From NCBI GenBank assembly GCA_050950425.1, contig JBMNHO010000002.1, forward strand, positions 1,360,154 to 1,424,153: a stretch of DNA of 64,000 nucleotides, written 5' to 3'. This DNA comes from Oscillospiraceae bacterium (GTDB lineage: Bacteria; Bacillota; Clostridia; Oscillospirales; Oscillospiraceae). Both the position numbers and the translations under genes were made by a program. Of the stretch, positions 45,704 to 54,733 are shown one piece after another (the first letter of the stretch is position 1; every line of letters begins with the position of its first letter). Under the pieces are notes generated by a model that searched no databases, had not been told where the DNA came from, and saw nothing but the letters and a program-made list of their open reading frames with translations.

Positions 45704-47490
45704 TAGTCACCCTCCTTAAACAGCGATATTTGGTCAAACTCGGGCTGCTTAATGATGCTTTTAGGGTTTTTAACTGTATAAGTTTGAACTTGATTATCAA
45801 TTATCGATATTTTTTTCGGTGCAACATCAGGCCGCATTGGTAACCAGTATTTTGCAGCATATGCATTGGCAAGTAGGTATTCTGTTTCTTTTGAGATTCC
45901 ATTTTTGAGAGTATCCTCATCAACAATAATTCTTGAATAGGCAATAGCTAGCTCTAGCCATCCTTTCGCATTGACAAAAGAGTCATCCTCCCTGAATCCC
46001 AAGACAAAATTACATCCAGCCGATACTAAATACGAACCATGCACATGATTCTGCAAAGTTTCAGCGATTTTATCTAACTCCCGATAAATGAGCGGACCAT
46101 AAGTCTCGAGCGCTTGTGTGGATTCGCAAAAGCTCTGTACATATTCAAAAATAACGCCATGTTGAGCTTTTGGTGTCAACACAGATGTTCTTGCTTTTTC
46201 AAACAGTATATTCATTATCTGTATAAAAGCCCGTGGATTGCCCTGAGATATTTTTCGTATCATAGGGCTACCTGCATACCATCCCGGTTTTCTGTTTCCT
46301 TCTTTCGATAAAGCATACATTTGCCTTACAAAGAAAATAGGTGCAGATTTATCATAAACTGTTTTTCTTTTATTAGAATAGTTATTGGCATTTTTTCTCT
46401 CGGAGAAGCTATTAATGATTTTTTGCTCGATTACTTCGTATGTCGATTCTTCCGCACCGCATTCCTCACGATAATAATCTATTTGATCGTCATTTCCGCA
46501 AACTCCAACAAAATCCTCAAGAGTTTCAATGACTAAACTAGGATCAAACCGGCTCTTCATGCGATGGGAGCAAAGCATGTTTGTTAAGTTTCGAAAATCT
46601 TGACTTGCAAAATCCATGTCCACAACACGATAATTGAAGTCATTTCCAGAGGAAACCGAAATCTTTTCTTCCAACGTTTCTAAGGTTTTGTGATAATATG
46701 GTAGGGTTGCGACTTTCAATGCTATTCGATTAGAGTCCGATCGAAAAACATTATTGATGCACTTCTGCATGGGTTCGGTTAAAAATTCAGCCTCGTCTAT
46801 ACATATTATCCATGTTGGTTCTTCGGCAAAATCTAAGCCTTTGGATATTAATCCTTTGACAGCTAATAGCGACGCTCCGATTGGGCGCTTGAACACAGGT
46901 GGAACGTTATCCAAACAATTTGTTTTCACATCGAAGTTGTAAAAAAGTTTCTTGAGTTTCATCGAGAGAGAAAATAAATCCGAAATATCGTCAGCATCAT
47001 CATCGAACCACATATTGTTTAGATCATTGGTAAGAGTGAAATTTTTCGTTGCACGCTTTAGCTTGTCATACTCTTCGGCCAACATTTCTTCAAGCTCTGT
47101 TAATAGTGATTGAGCAAGTAGACAATTGAAAGCAAATTGGAACAGTGCTATTTGTTCTTGCTCCGTGGTATCCGTACTTGTTAAATGGGTTACAAATTCC
47201 AAGTACATCGGCACATATAATGCAAGATACTCTTTATTATCTAATAATTCTTTTGCGCGTGGATCTTGTACGCGCTTAAGCATTGAATAACGCATCATTT
47301 TTAATAAAAATGTTTTTCCACTACCACGTGTTCCCAGAAGGACTTCATGCTGATCGTTGAAAAGAGACCAATAGTTGGATATTGGGTAAAATTCATTTAT
47401 TACCTTTGTATCAGAAAAGTTTCGTGCCTGACTATCGCTAAAGGGATTTTGCATACTGGAGCCTTTAATACAATCAGCAACTCTATCCAT
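45703..47490 (-). CDS. P-loop NTPase (AAA/ORC-Cdc6-like), 595 aa
   Basis: Walker A GTRGSGKT (47311-47334), Walker B TWIICIDEAE (46786-46815); ATG 47490 has GGAGG 7 nt upstream and overlaps the end of the upstream gene by 8 nt. Confidence 0.8.
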   Translation of the reverse strand: MDRVADCIKGSSMQNPFSDSQARNFSDTKVINEFYPISNYWSLFNDQHEVLLGTRGSGKTFLLKMMRYSMLKRVQDPRAKELLDNKEYLALYVPMYLEFVTHLTSTDTTEQEQIALFQFAFNCLLAQSLLTELEEMLAEEYDKLKRATKNFTLTNDLNNMWFDDDADDISDLFSLSMKLKKLFYNFDVKTNCLDNVPPVFKRPIGASLLAVKGLISKGLDFAEEPTWIICIDEAEFLTEPMQKCINNVFRSDSNRIALKVATLPYYHKTLETLEEKISVSSGNDFNYRVVDMDFASQDFRNLTNMLCSHRMKSRFDPSLVIETLEDFVGVCGNDDQIDYYREECGAEESTYEVIEQKIINSFSERKNANNYSNKRKTVYDKSAPIFFVRQMYALSKEGNRKPGWYAGSPMIRKISQGNPRAFIQIMNILFEKARTSVLTPKAQHGVIFEYVQSFCESTQALETYGPLIYRELDKIAETLQNHVHGSYLVSAGCNFVLGFREDDSFVNAKGWLELAIAYSRIIVDEDTLKNGISKETEYLLANAYAAKYWLPMRPDVAPKKISIIDNQVQTYTVKNPKSIIKQPEFDQISLFKEGD

Positions 47491-48712
47491 GATTAGCCTC
47501 CTTCCTAATAAGTACAACATCATTTGGAAAGCTTCCGATCATCTTGTGTGTATTTGAAAGCTGTTCCGTTATCTGCTGATTAAGCTTGTCAACCGGAAGG
47601 AAACGAAGGCTTTCATCTAAACTTTCCCAAGTAACTTCATAAACCATCTCAGCTGGCTCTGATAAATCTTTTATTGCTTGAATTCTTTTGTCTGCATCAA
47701 AAATTTTCCCAAGCAACATTTTATGATCAATAGGCGTTTCCGGACAATTGCTTTTAATCGGAATCCATCCGAGTGCAGATGAAAACTGATAACTATAGAG
47801 TTCCAACACACCGACCTCATCAGAAAGATCAATAATATGTAGTGTATTGGGGATCTCACCATGCCTATGAGCTGCGTTGACCGCGAGGCTACCTGCACAA
47901 ATAAATGTTATTGGATAATTCCAACCATTTTTTTGGTCGGTTTCTGCTCTTGGATGATGACGATGACCGTGCAGTACTAAGCGAATACCATTTTGACCCG
48001 CAATTTCAAGAAACCTACTTCCTTCTTCAAGCGTTGATATATCCGGCCCTGGTATAGGGAAGCTATAATTAAAAGGGTGATGGTGCATCATTACGATTTT
48101 CCATCTTGAATCTGCACTATACTCTTTAGCGATAGACTCAAACCATTCCAGTTGTTTTGCATCAAGTTTTCCCCTAGGAAAAGATTGATCGCGGGTACTG
48201 TAACAACCTGTGTTTAGGACAAACATTACAAAGTCTTTATTTTCTATAATTCCGGTATACGGGGCAGGTCCAGTTTTATTTAGTGGAGGTATATTTTCTA
48301 TATTTATTAGCGCAGCCTGAGCAGCCATTTCCCGGTATTTTTCCCTTACTAAATCATGGGGAAAATCAGGGGGCATTTTCTCGAAGTTTGAATATAAGTC
48401 AGATATTTTCCAATCAATATCATGGTTTCCCAATCCAAGTATGACATTATCACGTGGAATTTCGGCTCTATCTGCTATATCCAGTAACGCTTTTTCGCAG
48501 TTAAAAAATTCTTGGGGACTTCCTAGAGAAGTTAAATCTCCAGCTATACAAAGATATTGCGTATTGGTTTTTTTGAGTACTGAAATCAGACTCTCGGTTA
48601 ACGATATCCCTCCAGCATTTTCATCTTTGATAGGCTCCCCTGGGACAGAAAGTTCTGCTGTCCTTGAGAATCGCCCAAAATGAATATCGCTAATCAACGC
48701 AATACGAACCAT
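47483..48712 (-). CDS. calcineurin-like metallophosphoesterase with about 130-aa C-terminal extension
   Basis: All five MPE motifs in order: ISDIHFG, IAGDLTSLG, LGNHDIDW, MMHHHP, VLHGHRHHP; GAGGAG upstream of ATG 48712. Confidence 0.85.
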   Translation of the reverse strand: MVRIALISDIHFGRFSRTAELSVPGEPIKDENAGGISLTESLISVLKKTNTQYLCIAGDLTSLGSPQEFFNCEKALLDIADRAEIPRDNVILGLGNHDIDWKISDLYSNFEKMPPDFPHDLVREKYREMAAQAALINIENIPPLNKTGPAPYTGIIENKDFVMFVLNTGCYSTRDQSFPRGKLDAKQLEWFESIAKEYSADSRWKIVMMHHHPFNYSFPIPGPDISTLEEGSRFLEIAGQNGIRLVLHGHRHHPRAETDQKNGWNYPITFICAGSLAVNAAHRHGEIPNTLHIIDLSDEVGVLELYSYQFSSALGWIPIKSNCPETPIDHKMLLGKIFDADKRIQAIKDLSEPAEMVYEVTWESLDESLRFLPVDKLNQQITEQLSNTHKMIGSFPNDVVLIRKEANHG

Positions 48713-48759
48713 GCCATTATCTCCTCAAAAAAGTAATCGTCATAATCTAATCCGTACAT

Positions 48760-49584
48760 TTATTGTTGATCTTCTAGCAATTGGATTGGATATGAGGATA
48801 CTAATAATTCTTCTTGTGAGCCACGTCCTTCAGCCAGTCCTGATATTGAACTAAATCTGCGCAATGCCTGAGTGTAGAAATTGTTTTGCTCGTACATTTG
48901 TTGTATATCAGGATAGTATGCATTAGTAGCCAACACTATCGCGCCTCGATCACGTGCCCGTGTTAATGCATTTAGCAGACGTTTTTGGTCTTTCCAAGAG
49001 AATAATCTCTCGTTATATTTAATAAAAGCGTTTTGGTTATGTGCTATGGTGTAGGGGGGATCAGCGAAAATGAGATCCCCCTGCATCGCTGCACGTATTG
49101 TATCAACAAAATCCTGCTTTCGTATGTGAACATTATGTAGCACCTCTGAATACGCTTCAAAACGTGCCACATCATCAACGAACTGTTGTTTTGTGCCAAT
49201 CGGTACGTTGAACTCTCCTAACCGATTGACGCGATACATACCGTTAAAGCATGTCCTGTTCAAATAGAGAAATCTGGCAGCCCGCTCAATAGCGTTATCA
49301 GGTACGTTCGCTCTGACTGCATAATAGTGATCTGCGCAATGATTTTCTTGGTGTTGGATCAATTGCTCCCTGAGTTGCGCTGGATTTCTTGCCATCACTT
49401 TATATACATTTATCAATTCACCATTTATATCGGAAATGGTGGCTTTCGCGGGAAGTAAAGAAAAGAAAGCAGAGCCGCCACCGAGAAACGGTTCAAAATA
49501 GTGGTTATATTCTGCTGGGAAGATGTAACGATAGTTTGCAATTAGCCATCGTTTCCCGCCCGGCCATTTTAGAAAAGGATGCAC
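48760..49584 (-). CDS. Dam-family (D12 class, alpha group) N6-adenine DNA methyltransferase
   Basis: FLKWPGGKRWL, SAM motif FEPFLGGGSAF, catalytic FADPPY (49051-49068); GTG start 4 nt after the upstream stop. Confidence 0.9.
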   Translation of the reverse strand: MHPFLKWPGGKRWLIANYRYIFPAEYNHYFEPFLGGGSAFFSLLPAKATISDINGELINVYKVMARNPAQLREQLIQHQENHCADHYYAVRANVPDNAIERAARFLYLNRTCFNGMYRVNRLGEFNVPIGTKQQFVDDVARFEAYSEVLHNVHIRKQDFVDTIRAAMQGDLIFADPPYTIAHNQNAFIKYNERLFSWKDQKRLLNALTRARDRGAIVLATNAYYPDIQQMYEQNNFYTQALRRFSSISGLAEGRGSQEELLVSSYPIQLLEDQQ

Positions 49585-49588
49585 GTGG

Positions 49589-49783
49589 TTAGTTCACATC
49601 CTCTCTACGGGATTTCACGCCTTTTCTTCTCGCATCTAAAGGCTTTTTTGCATCTTTTGGTATCGCCCATGATTTCCCCAGACGAGCGATTTTCTCGATA
49701 CGGCCTTGTTCACAAAGGACTTGCACTCTACGCTCTGATATGCCCCATTTTTCAGCGGCGTCTTTTGCAGTCATATATTCCAT
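49589..49783 (-). CDS. small helix-turn-helix DNA-binding protein (excisionase/MerR-like HTH), 64 aa
   Basis: MTAKDAAEKWGISERRVQVLCEQGRI HTH; ATG 49783 lies downstream of the predicted promoter, GAGG upstream. Confidence 0.7.
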   Translation of the reverse strand: MEYMTAKDAAEKWGISERRVQVLCEQGRIEKIARLGKSWAIPKDAKKPLDARRKGVKSRREDVN

Positions 49784-49824
49784 ATCATCAAACCTCGTAA
49801 CTGGATAATCAAGCACATATAGAC

Positions 49825-49853
49825 ATTGTATACGGAACGGCGAATAAAATCAA
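49825..49853 (-). promoter_or_regulatory. promoter of the cassette
   Basis: On - strand TTGATT (49853-49848), 17-nt spacer, TACAAT (49830-49825), about 40 nt upstream of the HTH start. Confidence 0.4.
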
Positions 49854-49917
49854 CAAAATCTGCGCCATTTCGCCAAGATAAGATGGACTGTGTTGTAAAG
49901 CCCGGTGCCGAGCCATC

Positions 49918-51441
49918 TTAAACAAAATCCGAAATCGCCCAATCTATTTCAATCCGATTATCAGGGTACACATAAACCCTGTTCACAAGCAGCTCCGCGA
50001 GAGTGCGTGTGAGCTTACCGGCTCCGGTGACATCCTTTGCGATGCCCCGGATTTTTTTGTTGCCCTCAGATGATAACTGCATCCGTTTCACCTCAGATTC
50101 CAGCCGCTTGAATATCTGCTCAATCTTCCGTAGGTCACTATCAACAACGGACTTTGCCGCCTTGTAATTGTCAAGGCTGATTTCCTCCATCAAATACTGC
50201 TCATACAAGCGGCGCTTATCATCTTTCAGGGCATTAACTTTTTCCTCATATACGGCCTTTTCTTCAAGGCGAATGTCCAGTTTGCTAACATCGCTCAGAC
50301 TGTCAGCACCGAGGATGATCCTTGCTTTTTGTTCCGAAAGCGTATAGATGAGGGCTTCCAAATCGCTCTCCAAAATCTCCTGCAAACGGCATTCCATGTG
50401 TTCGTAATGCCTTGAGTAATTACAGATAAAAGCCGGATTCTTCTTCAAGCGGGACATTGCGTGTTTACAGCAACCGCAAAACACCATGCCCCGCAGCGCG
50501 TATTCATGCCGATTTTTCTTAACGCTGCTGCCCTTCGGAAATATCGCCTGAACCTGTTCAAACACATCCATAGAAATAATCGCGGGATGAAAGTCGGGGA
50601 TTTTGAACCACTTGCTTTCATCATTGCGGCGAACGTGATTGCCGCCCACTTGGGTGACAGCAGTTTTGCCGTAGATGTACGTCCCGGCATAGCGCTCATC
50701 ACGAAGGAAACGCAGAACAATGGTGGGATGCCAGATATTATTTGAGCGTGATACATCATGGGTCTTATCACCGCGAGCCACCTTATATTCGCCGGGGGTG
50801 GGAATATTCAAGTCAAATAGCTGCTTGGCGATTTTGGGGGCGCTCATGCCCTCCAGCGCCAGATCAAAAATTGTTCTGACCACCGGCGCAGTCTGCTCAT
50901 CAATAACAAAGTGTTTATCTTCGCCGGGGAGATAGCCGTAAGGAGTGCGCTTGTCATGGTATTCACCGCGCCGCATGAGGGCGTACTTAGCGCTTTTATA
51001 TTTGCGGGAAAGGTCATGGCTGTATTGCTCATGGATGAGATAGCGGAACGCAACATCCATGCCGCCGGTGTCGTTTTTATACTTATTGGTGTCGAAGTTA
51101 TCATTGATGGAGATAAAACGCACCTTAAACAGCGGAAATACTTGCTCAATGAAATAGCCGGATTCAAGGCTGTTGCGCCCGAAGCGCGAAAAGTCTTTGA
51201 CGATGATACAGTTAATCTGGAGGGTGCGAACCTTTTCGAGCATTTCCTGCATCGCTGGGCGCTCAAAATTCGTGCCTGTATAACCGTTGTCAACAAACTC
51301 AAGCACCTCGGCGCTGTCACCCTCCGGCATGGAATCCACATATTTATGGAGGGCAAGCTGCTGATTGCGGATGCTCATGCTATCTACCTTCGCATCCTCC
51401 AGTGACAAACGGATATAGAGCGCGATAACATATTTGCTCAC
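49918..51441 (-). CDS. large serine recombinase (1 of 3)
   Basis: Resolvase N-domain ALYIRLSLED (catalytic Ser), VKDFSRFGRN; recombinase domain, Cys zinc ribbon, coiled coil. Confidence 0.9.
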   Translation of the reverse strand: MSKYVIALYIRLSLEDAKVDSMSIRNQQLALHKYVDSMPEGDSAEVLEFVDNGYTGTNFERPAMQEMLEKVRTLQINCIIVKDFSRFGRNSLESGYFIEQVFPLFKVRFISINDNFDTNKYKNDTGGMDVAFRYLIHEQYSHDLSRKYKSAKYALMRRGEYHDKRTPYGYLPGEDKHFVIDEQTAPVVRTIFDLALEGMSAPKIAKQLFDLNIPTPGEYKVARGDKTHDVSRSNNIWHPTIVLRFLRDERYAGTYIYGKTAVTQVGGNHVRRNDESKWFKIPDFHPAIISMDVFEQVQAIFPKGSSVKKNRHEYALRGMVFCGCCKHAMSRLKKNPAFICNYSRHYEHMECRLQEILESDLEALIYTLSEQKARIILGADSLSDVSKLDIRLEEKAVYEEKVNALKDDKRRLYEQYLMEEISLDNYKAAKSVVDSDLRKIEQIFKRLESEVKRMQLSSEGNKKIRGIAKDVTGAGKLTRTLAELLVNRVYVYPDNRIEIDWAISDFV

Positions 51442-53075
51442 GATAATACCCCCTCACTCAGCCCGGATACTGAAAAACGGCAAGTGATAGAAACGCGCCT
51501 GTCCTCAAAAAGCTCTATGCGCTCTATGAGACGGTCAATCAACTCGGCGGTCAGTTGCGGATTGCGCTCAAGCTCCTGCGCATCCAATATGATTTTCTTT
51601 GCCTGAACCTCTTGTGCCTTTAGGTCGGAAAGCTCCTGCTCAAGCGCTGCTATACGGTGCTCTGCCGCCGCCGATTTTGTTTCATAATCACTTTTCATAG
51701 AGAAATACTCATCCTGTGTAATCGTACCGCTCACAAGGTTTTCGTACAGGCTGCGGACGATATAAAGGCTTTTATCCTTATCCTGCCGGAGAGCGGCAAT
51801 TTCTTTTGTGATGTTCGATTTTTCCTCGCTCTGGGCAGAGGTGTCTTTGCGAATTCGTATTGCATCATCCAGCGCGAGGTTAAGCTGGCGGCTCAAATAG
51901 GACAGTACAACCTCGGTCAATTCCTTTTCAGGGATGGATACCACCCTGCAAGCGCCTTTTCCCATGCGGCTTTGGGTGATGCAATGAAGATAATAGACAT
52001 GAGAGTGGACACGATTATGCCGCTGGCGGTGAAGCGGTCTGCCGCAATACCCACAGAAGATTTTACCCTTCCAAATGTTCGGGGTATATTCTGCTTTGGC
52101 CCTGTTGCTGCTATCCTTTGCAACTTGCTCTCGCAGGCGTTGAACAACATCATACATTTCATGGGTGATAATCGGCTCATGGGTATTGCGAACGACGATC
52201 CACTCCTCGTGCGAAACAGGGATTTGCTTGCGGTCAATAGATTTGGTCTTGCCTTGCACCATATCCCCGGTATAAACTTCATCCTCCAAGAGCTTAGAGA
52301 CGGTGCGGGTCTGCCATTTCCCCTCGCCAAGCAGATTTTCATGGGATATAAGCCCCTTCTGTTTCTTGTAATGGCTGGGCGGTAGGATATTACCCTCATT
52401 GAGCTTTTTTACGATGGTATTCAGACCATCACCGCCATGCGCCCACTCAAATATCTGCGCTACAACCGGAGCGGTCTCTGGGTCGATAATGAGCTTATGA
52501 CAATCATCGGGATGCTTCATATATCCGTAGGGCGAGCGTGCGCCGATAAAACCGCCCTCGCTCATACACTGGTGCTGCTGTGCCTTGATTTTGCGGCTGA
52601 TGTCCTTTGAATAGGCTTCATTTATCATGTTTTTCAGAGGGAGCATGATGCCGCTGTGGATGCTCTCGGTGTCGGCGCTGTCATAACAATCATTGACTGC
52701 TATGAAGCGAACATTGTATTTAGGGAAGTAGCGTTCAATATAATAGCCAGTGTCAATCACGTTGCGCCCAAGGCGGGAAAGGTCTTTGACCAGAACGCAG
52801 TCAATCAGGCCGTTTGCGATATCGCCCAGCATGGTCTGAAAACCCTCGCGCTGAAAGGTAGTGCCGGAAACGCCGTTATCGGTATAAACGCCGACAATTT
52901 GGAAATCCGGCTTATCCTCAAGATATTGCTCCAAAATCATGCGCTGGGTTTCAAGGGAGTTTCCCCGGTTGTTATTGTCCTCCACCGACAGCCTGATATA
53001 AAATGCACTACGGATATAGAGCGCTGCGGCAACCTTTGGGGCATCCGCAAGATATTTTCTACTTTTTCTGGCCAT
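51438..53075 (-). CDS. large serine recombinase (2 of 3)
   Basis: FYIRLSVEDN, VKDLSRLGRN, recombinase and zinc-ribbon domains; 4-nt overlap with downstream recombinase. Confidence 0.9.
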   Translation of the reverse strand: MARKSRKYLADAPKVAAALYIRSAFYIRLSVEDNNNRGNSLETQRMILEQYLEDKPDFQIVGVYTDNGVSGTTFQREGFQTMLGDIANGLIDCVLVKDLSRLGRNVIDTGYYIERYFPKYNVRFIAVNDCYDSADTESIHSGIMLPLKNMINEAYSKDISRKIKAQQHQCMSEGGFIGARSPYGYMKHPDDCHKLIIDPETAPVVAQIFEWAHGGDGLNTIVKKLNEGNILPPSHYKKQKGLISHENLLGEGKWQTRTVSKLLEDEVYTGDMVQGKTKSIDRKQIPVSHEEWIVVRNTHEPIITHEMYDVVQRLREQVAKDSSNRAKAEYTPNIWKGKIFCGYCGRPLHRQRHNRVHSHVYYLHCITQSRMGKGACRVVSIPEKELTEVVLSYLSRQLNLALDDAIRIRKDTSAQSEEKSNITKEIAALRQDKDKSLYIVRSLYENLVSGTITQDEYFSMKSDYETKSAAAEHRIAALEQELSDLKAQEVQAKKIILDAQELERNPQLTAELIDRLIERIELFEDRRVSITCRFSVSGLSEGVLS

Positions 53076-54733
53076 TATCCTGCCCTCCTTTGTTCTGTAC
53101 GCTCCGCTTGCAGAACCGCAAGTGCCGTTTCATACTCAAGCTGAAAGTTGAAGTCAATCTCAATCTGCGTTTTGCTGACAATGCGGATATTGCTTACAAG
53201 CTGTACGAGTGCCATGCGGTCAAGGGATTGCATGGTCTCATATTTGCGGAAATGAGCAATCCACTTGCGGCGATTGGAGGTGTTATTCAGCACGCTTTCA
53301 AGCTCGGCTTCCAGCGTCGCGTTCGCTTGCTCAAGGGTGGAAATCTCATCCGCATACATCTTTTTATTATGCTGGTAATCATCCTTGCTCAAAACACCGC
53401 AGATAAGATTTTCATAGAGCCGAGCTTTAAAGTTTTTCAAAGTATTCATCTTCTCGTTGTTGTCAGCAAGCTGGCGCTGGTACTTCTCAACCAGCTTACG
53501 GTTGATGCGTTCCTCGTTTATGCTGGCAAGCAGCTCATCAAGGGCAACGACATTATCAATATGTGCTTTTACGATGGCCAGCGCCAAATCATTCAGGTCA
53601 TCCTCTTTAATCTGCGGAGTGGTGCAGCCGTTTTTCTTTCCGGTAGGGCAGGCATAATAGAAATACTTTTTATCCTTATAGGGAACGGTTTTCCGTACCA
53701 TGCGTTCCCCGCAGCAACGGCAGACCAATAAGCCGGAGAAAAGATGCACCGATTTCCCATCCGGCGCTGTTCGCGTATCCAGGTGGCGGATACGCTGAAC
53801 AAGGTCAAAATCATGCTTGCGGATAATCAGCTCATGGGCATCTTCAATCCGCACCCATTCATCGTCGGGAAGGAAAGCCTTGTCTTTGAGCTTATAGTTG
53901 GAAGTGCATTGCCGCCCTTGAACCAATGTGCCAGTGTAGGTCTCATCCTGCAAAATACGGGTGATGGTGTTGGGAGACCATTTAGCGTTTTCACTGTCGG
54001 CAAAGCCGCCGCTTGGACAGGGTAAACCCTGCTGCCTTTTATACATAAGGGGCGAGAGGATGCCCCGCCCATTGAGGATTTCAGCAATGCGGTAGGCGCT
54101 CATGCCCTCCAATCTCATGTGGTAGATATCGCGCACAACCTCAGAGGCATACTCGTCGATGACAAGCTGATTCTTGTTTTCCTCAGATTTCAGATAGCCA
54201 TATACGGCGGTTGCGCCTACAAAATCGCCGTTGCGCCGCTTAACGGCAAGTGCGCTGCGGGTTTTGATGGAGATATCGCGGCAATAGGCTTCGTTTATGA
54301 TATTTTTTACCGATACAGTTAGCTCCTCGCCGTTATTATCGGCGACAGTGTCGATACCATCGGTAATGGCAATGAAACGGACACCGTAGGCGGGGAATAC
54401 CCGGCGCAGATAGCGGCCGGTCTCAATATACTCGCGCCCAAGCCGGGAGAGGTCTTTGACGATAACGCAGTTAATCTTGCCATCCTCAATATCTCGCATC
54501 ATCTGTTGAAAATCCGGTCTGTCGAACGCAAGCCCCGAATAACCGTCATCTATATACTCGGCTTCAAGGGAGATTTCAGGATGGTGGCTGAGATAATCAT
54601 TGATGAGCTTCTTCTGATTCGCCACGCTGCCACTCTCGGTGGACTTATCATCCGTATAAGATATGCGGATGTATTTAGCTGCCCGGTATTTCGGCAACGT
54701 AATTGCTTGTGCTTGTTTTGGTATTTTAGTCAT
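53075..54733 (-). CDS. large serine recombinase (3 of 3)
   Basis: AKYIRISYTDD...SVANQ, VKDLSRLGRE, CRCCGERM zinc ribbon; ATG 54733 has AAGGAG upstream (track start 54826); 1-nt overlap downstream. Confidence 0.9.
   Translation of the reverse strand: MTKIPKQAQAITLPKYRAAKYIRISYTDDKSTESGSVANQKKLINDYLSHHPEISLEAEYIDDGYSGLAFDRPDFQQMMRDIEDGKINCVIVKDLSRLGREYIETGRYLRRVFPAYGVRFIAITDGIDTVADNNGEELTVSVKNIINEAYCRDISIKTRSALAVKRRNGDFVGATAVYGYLKSEENKNQLVIDEYASEVVRDIYHMRLEGMSAYRIAEILNGRGILSPLMYKRQQGLPCPSGGFADSENAKWSPNTITRILQDETYTGTLVQGRQCTSNYKLKDKAFLPDDEWVRIEDAHELIIRKHDFDLVQRIRHLDTRTAPDGKSVHLFSGLLVCRCCGERMVRKTVPYKDKKYFYYACPTGKKNGCTTPQIKEDDLNDLALAIVKAHIDNVVALDELLASINEERINRKLVEKYQRQLADNNEKMNTLKNFKARLYENLICGVLSKDDYQHNKKMYADEISTLEQANATLEAELESVLNNTSNRRKWIAHFRKYETMQSLDRMALVQLVSNIRIVSKTQIEIDFNFQLEYETALAVLQAERTEQRRAG

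Noticed and set aside
44762-49584. GATC avoidance inside the Dam-MTase cassette as a clue to specificity
   Set aside because: GATC occurs repeatedly throughout the cassette, even inside the DPPY codons. No depletion is visible by eye, so no inference on the target site is possible.
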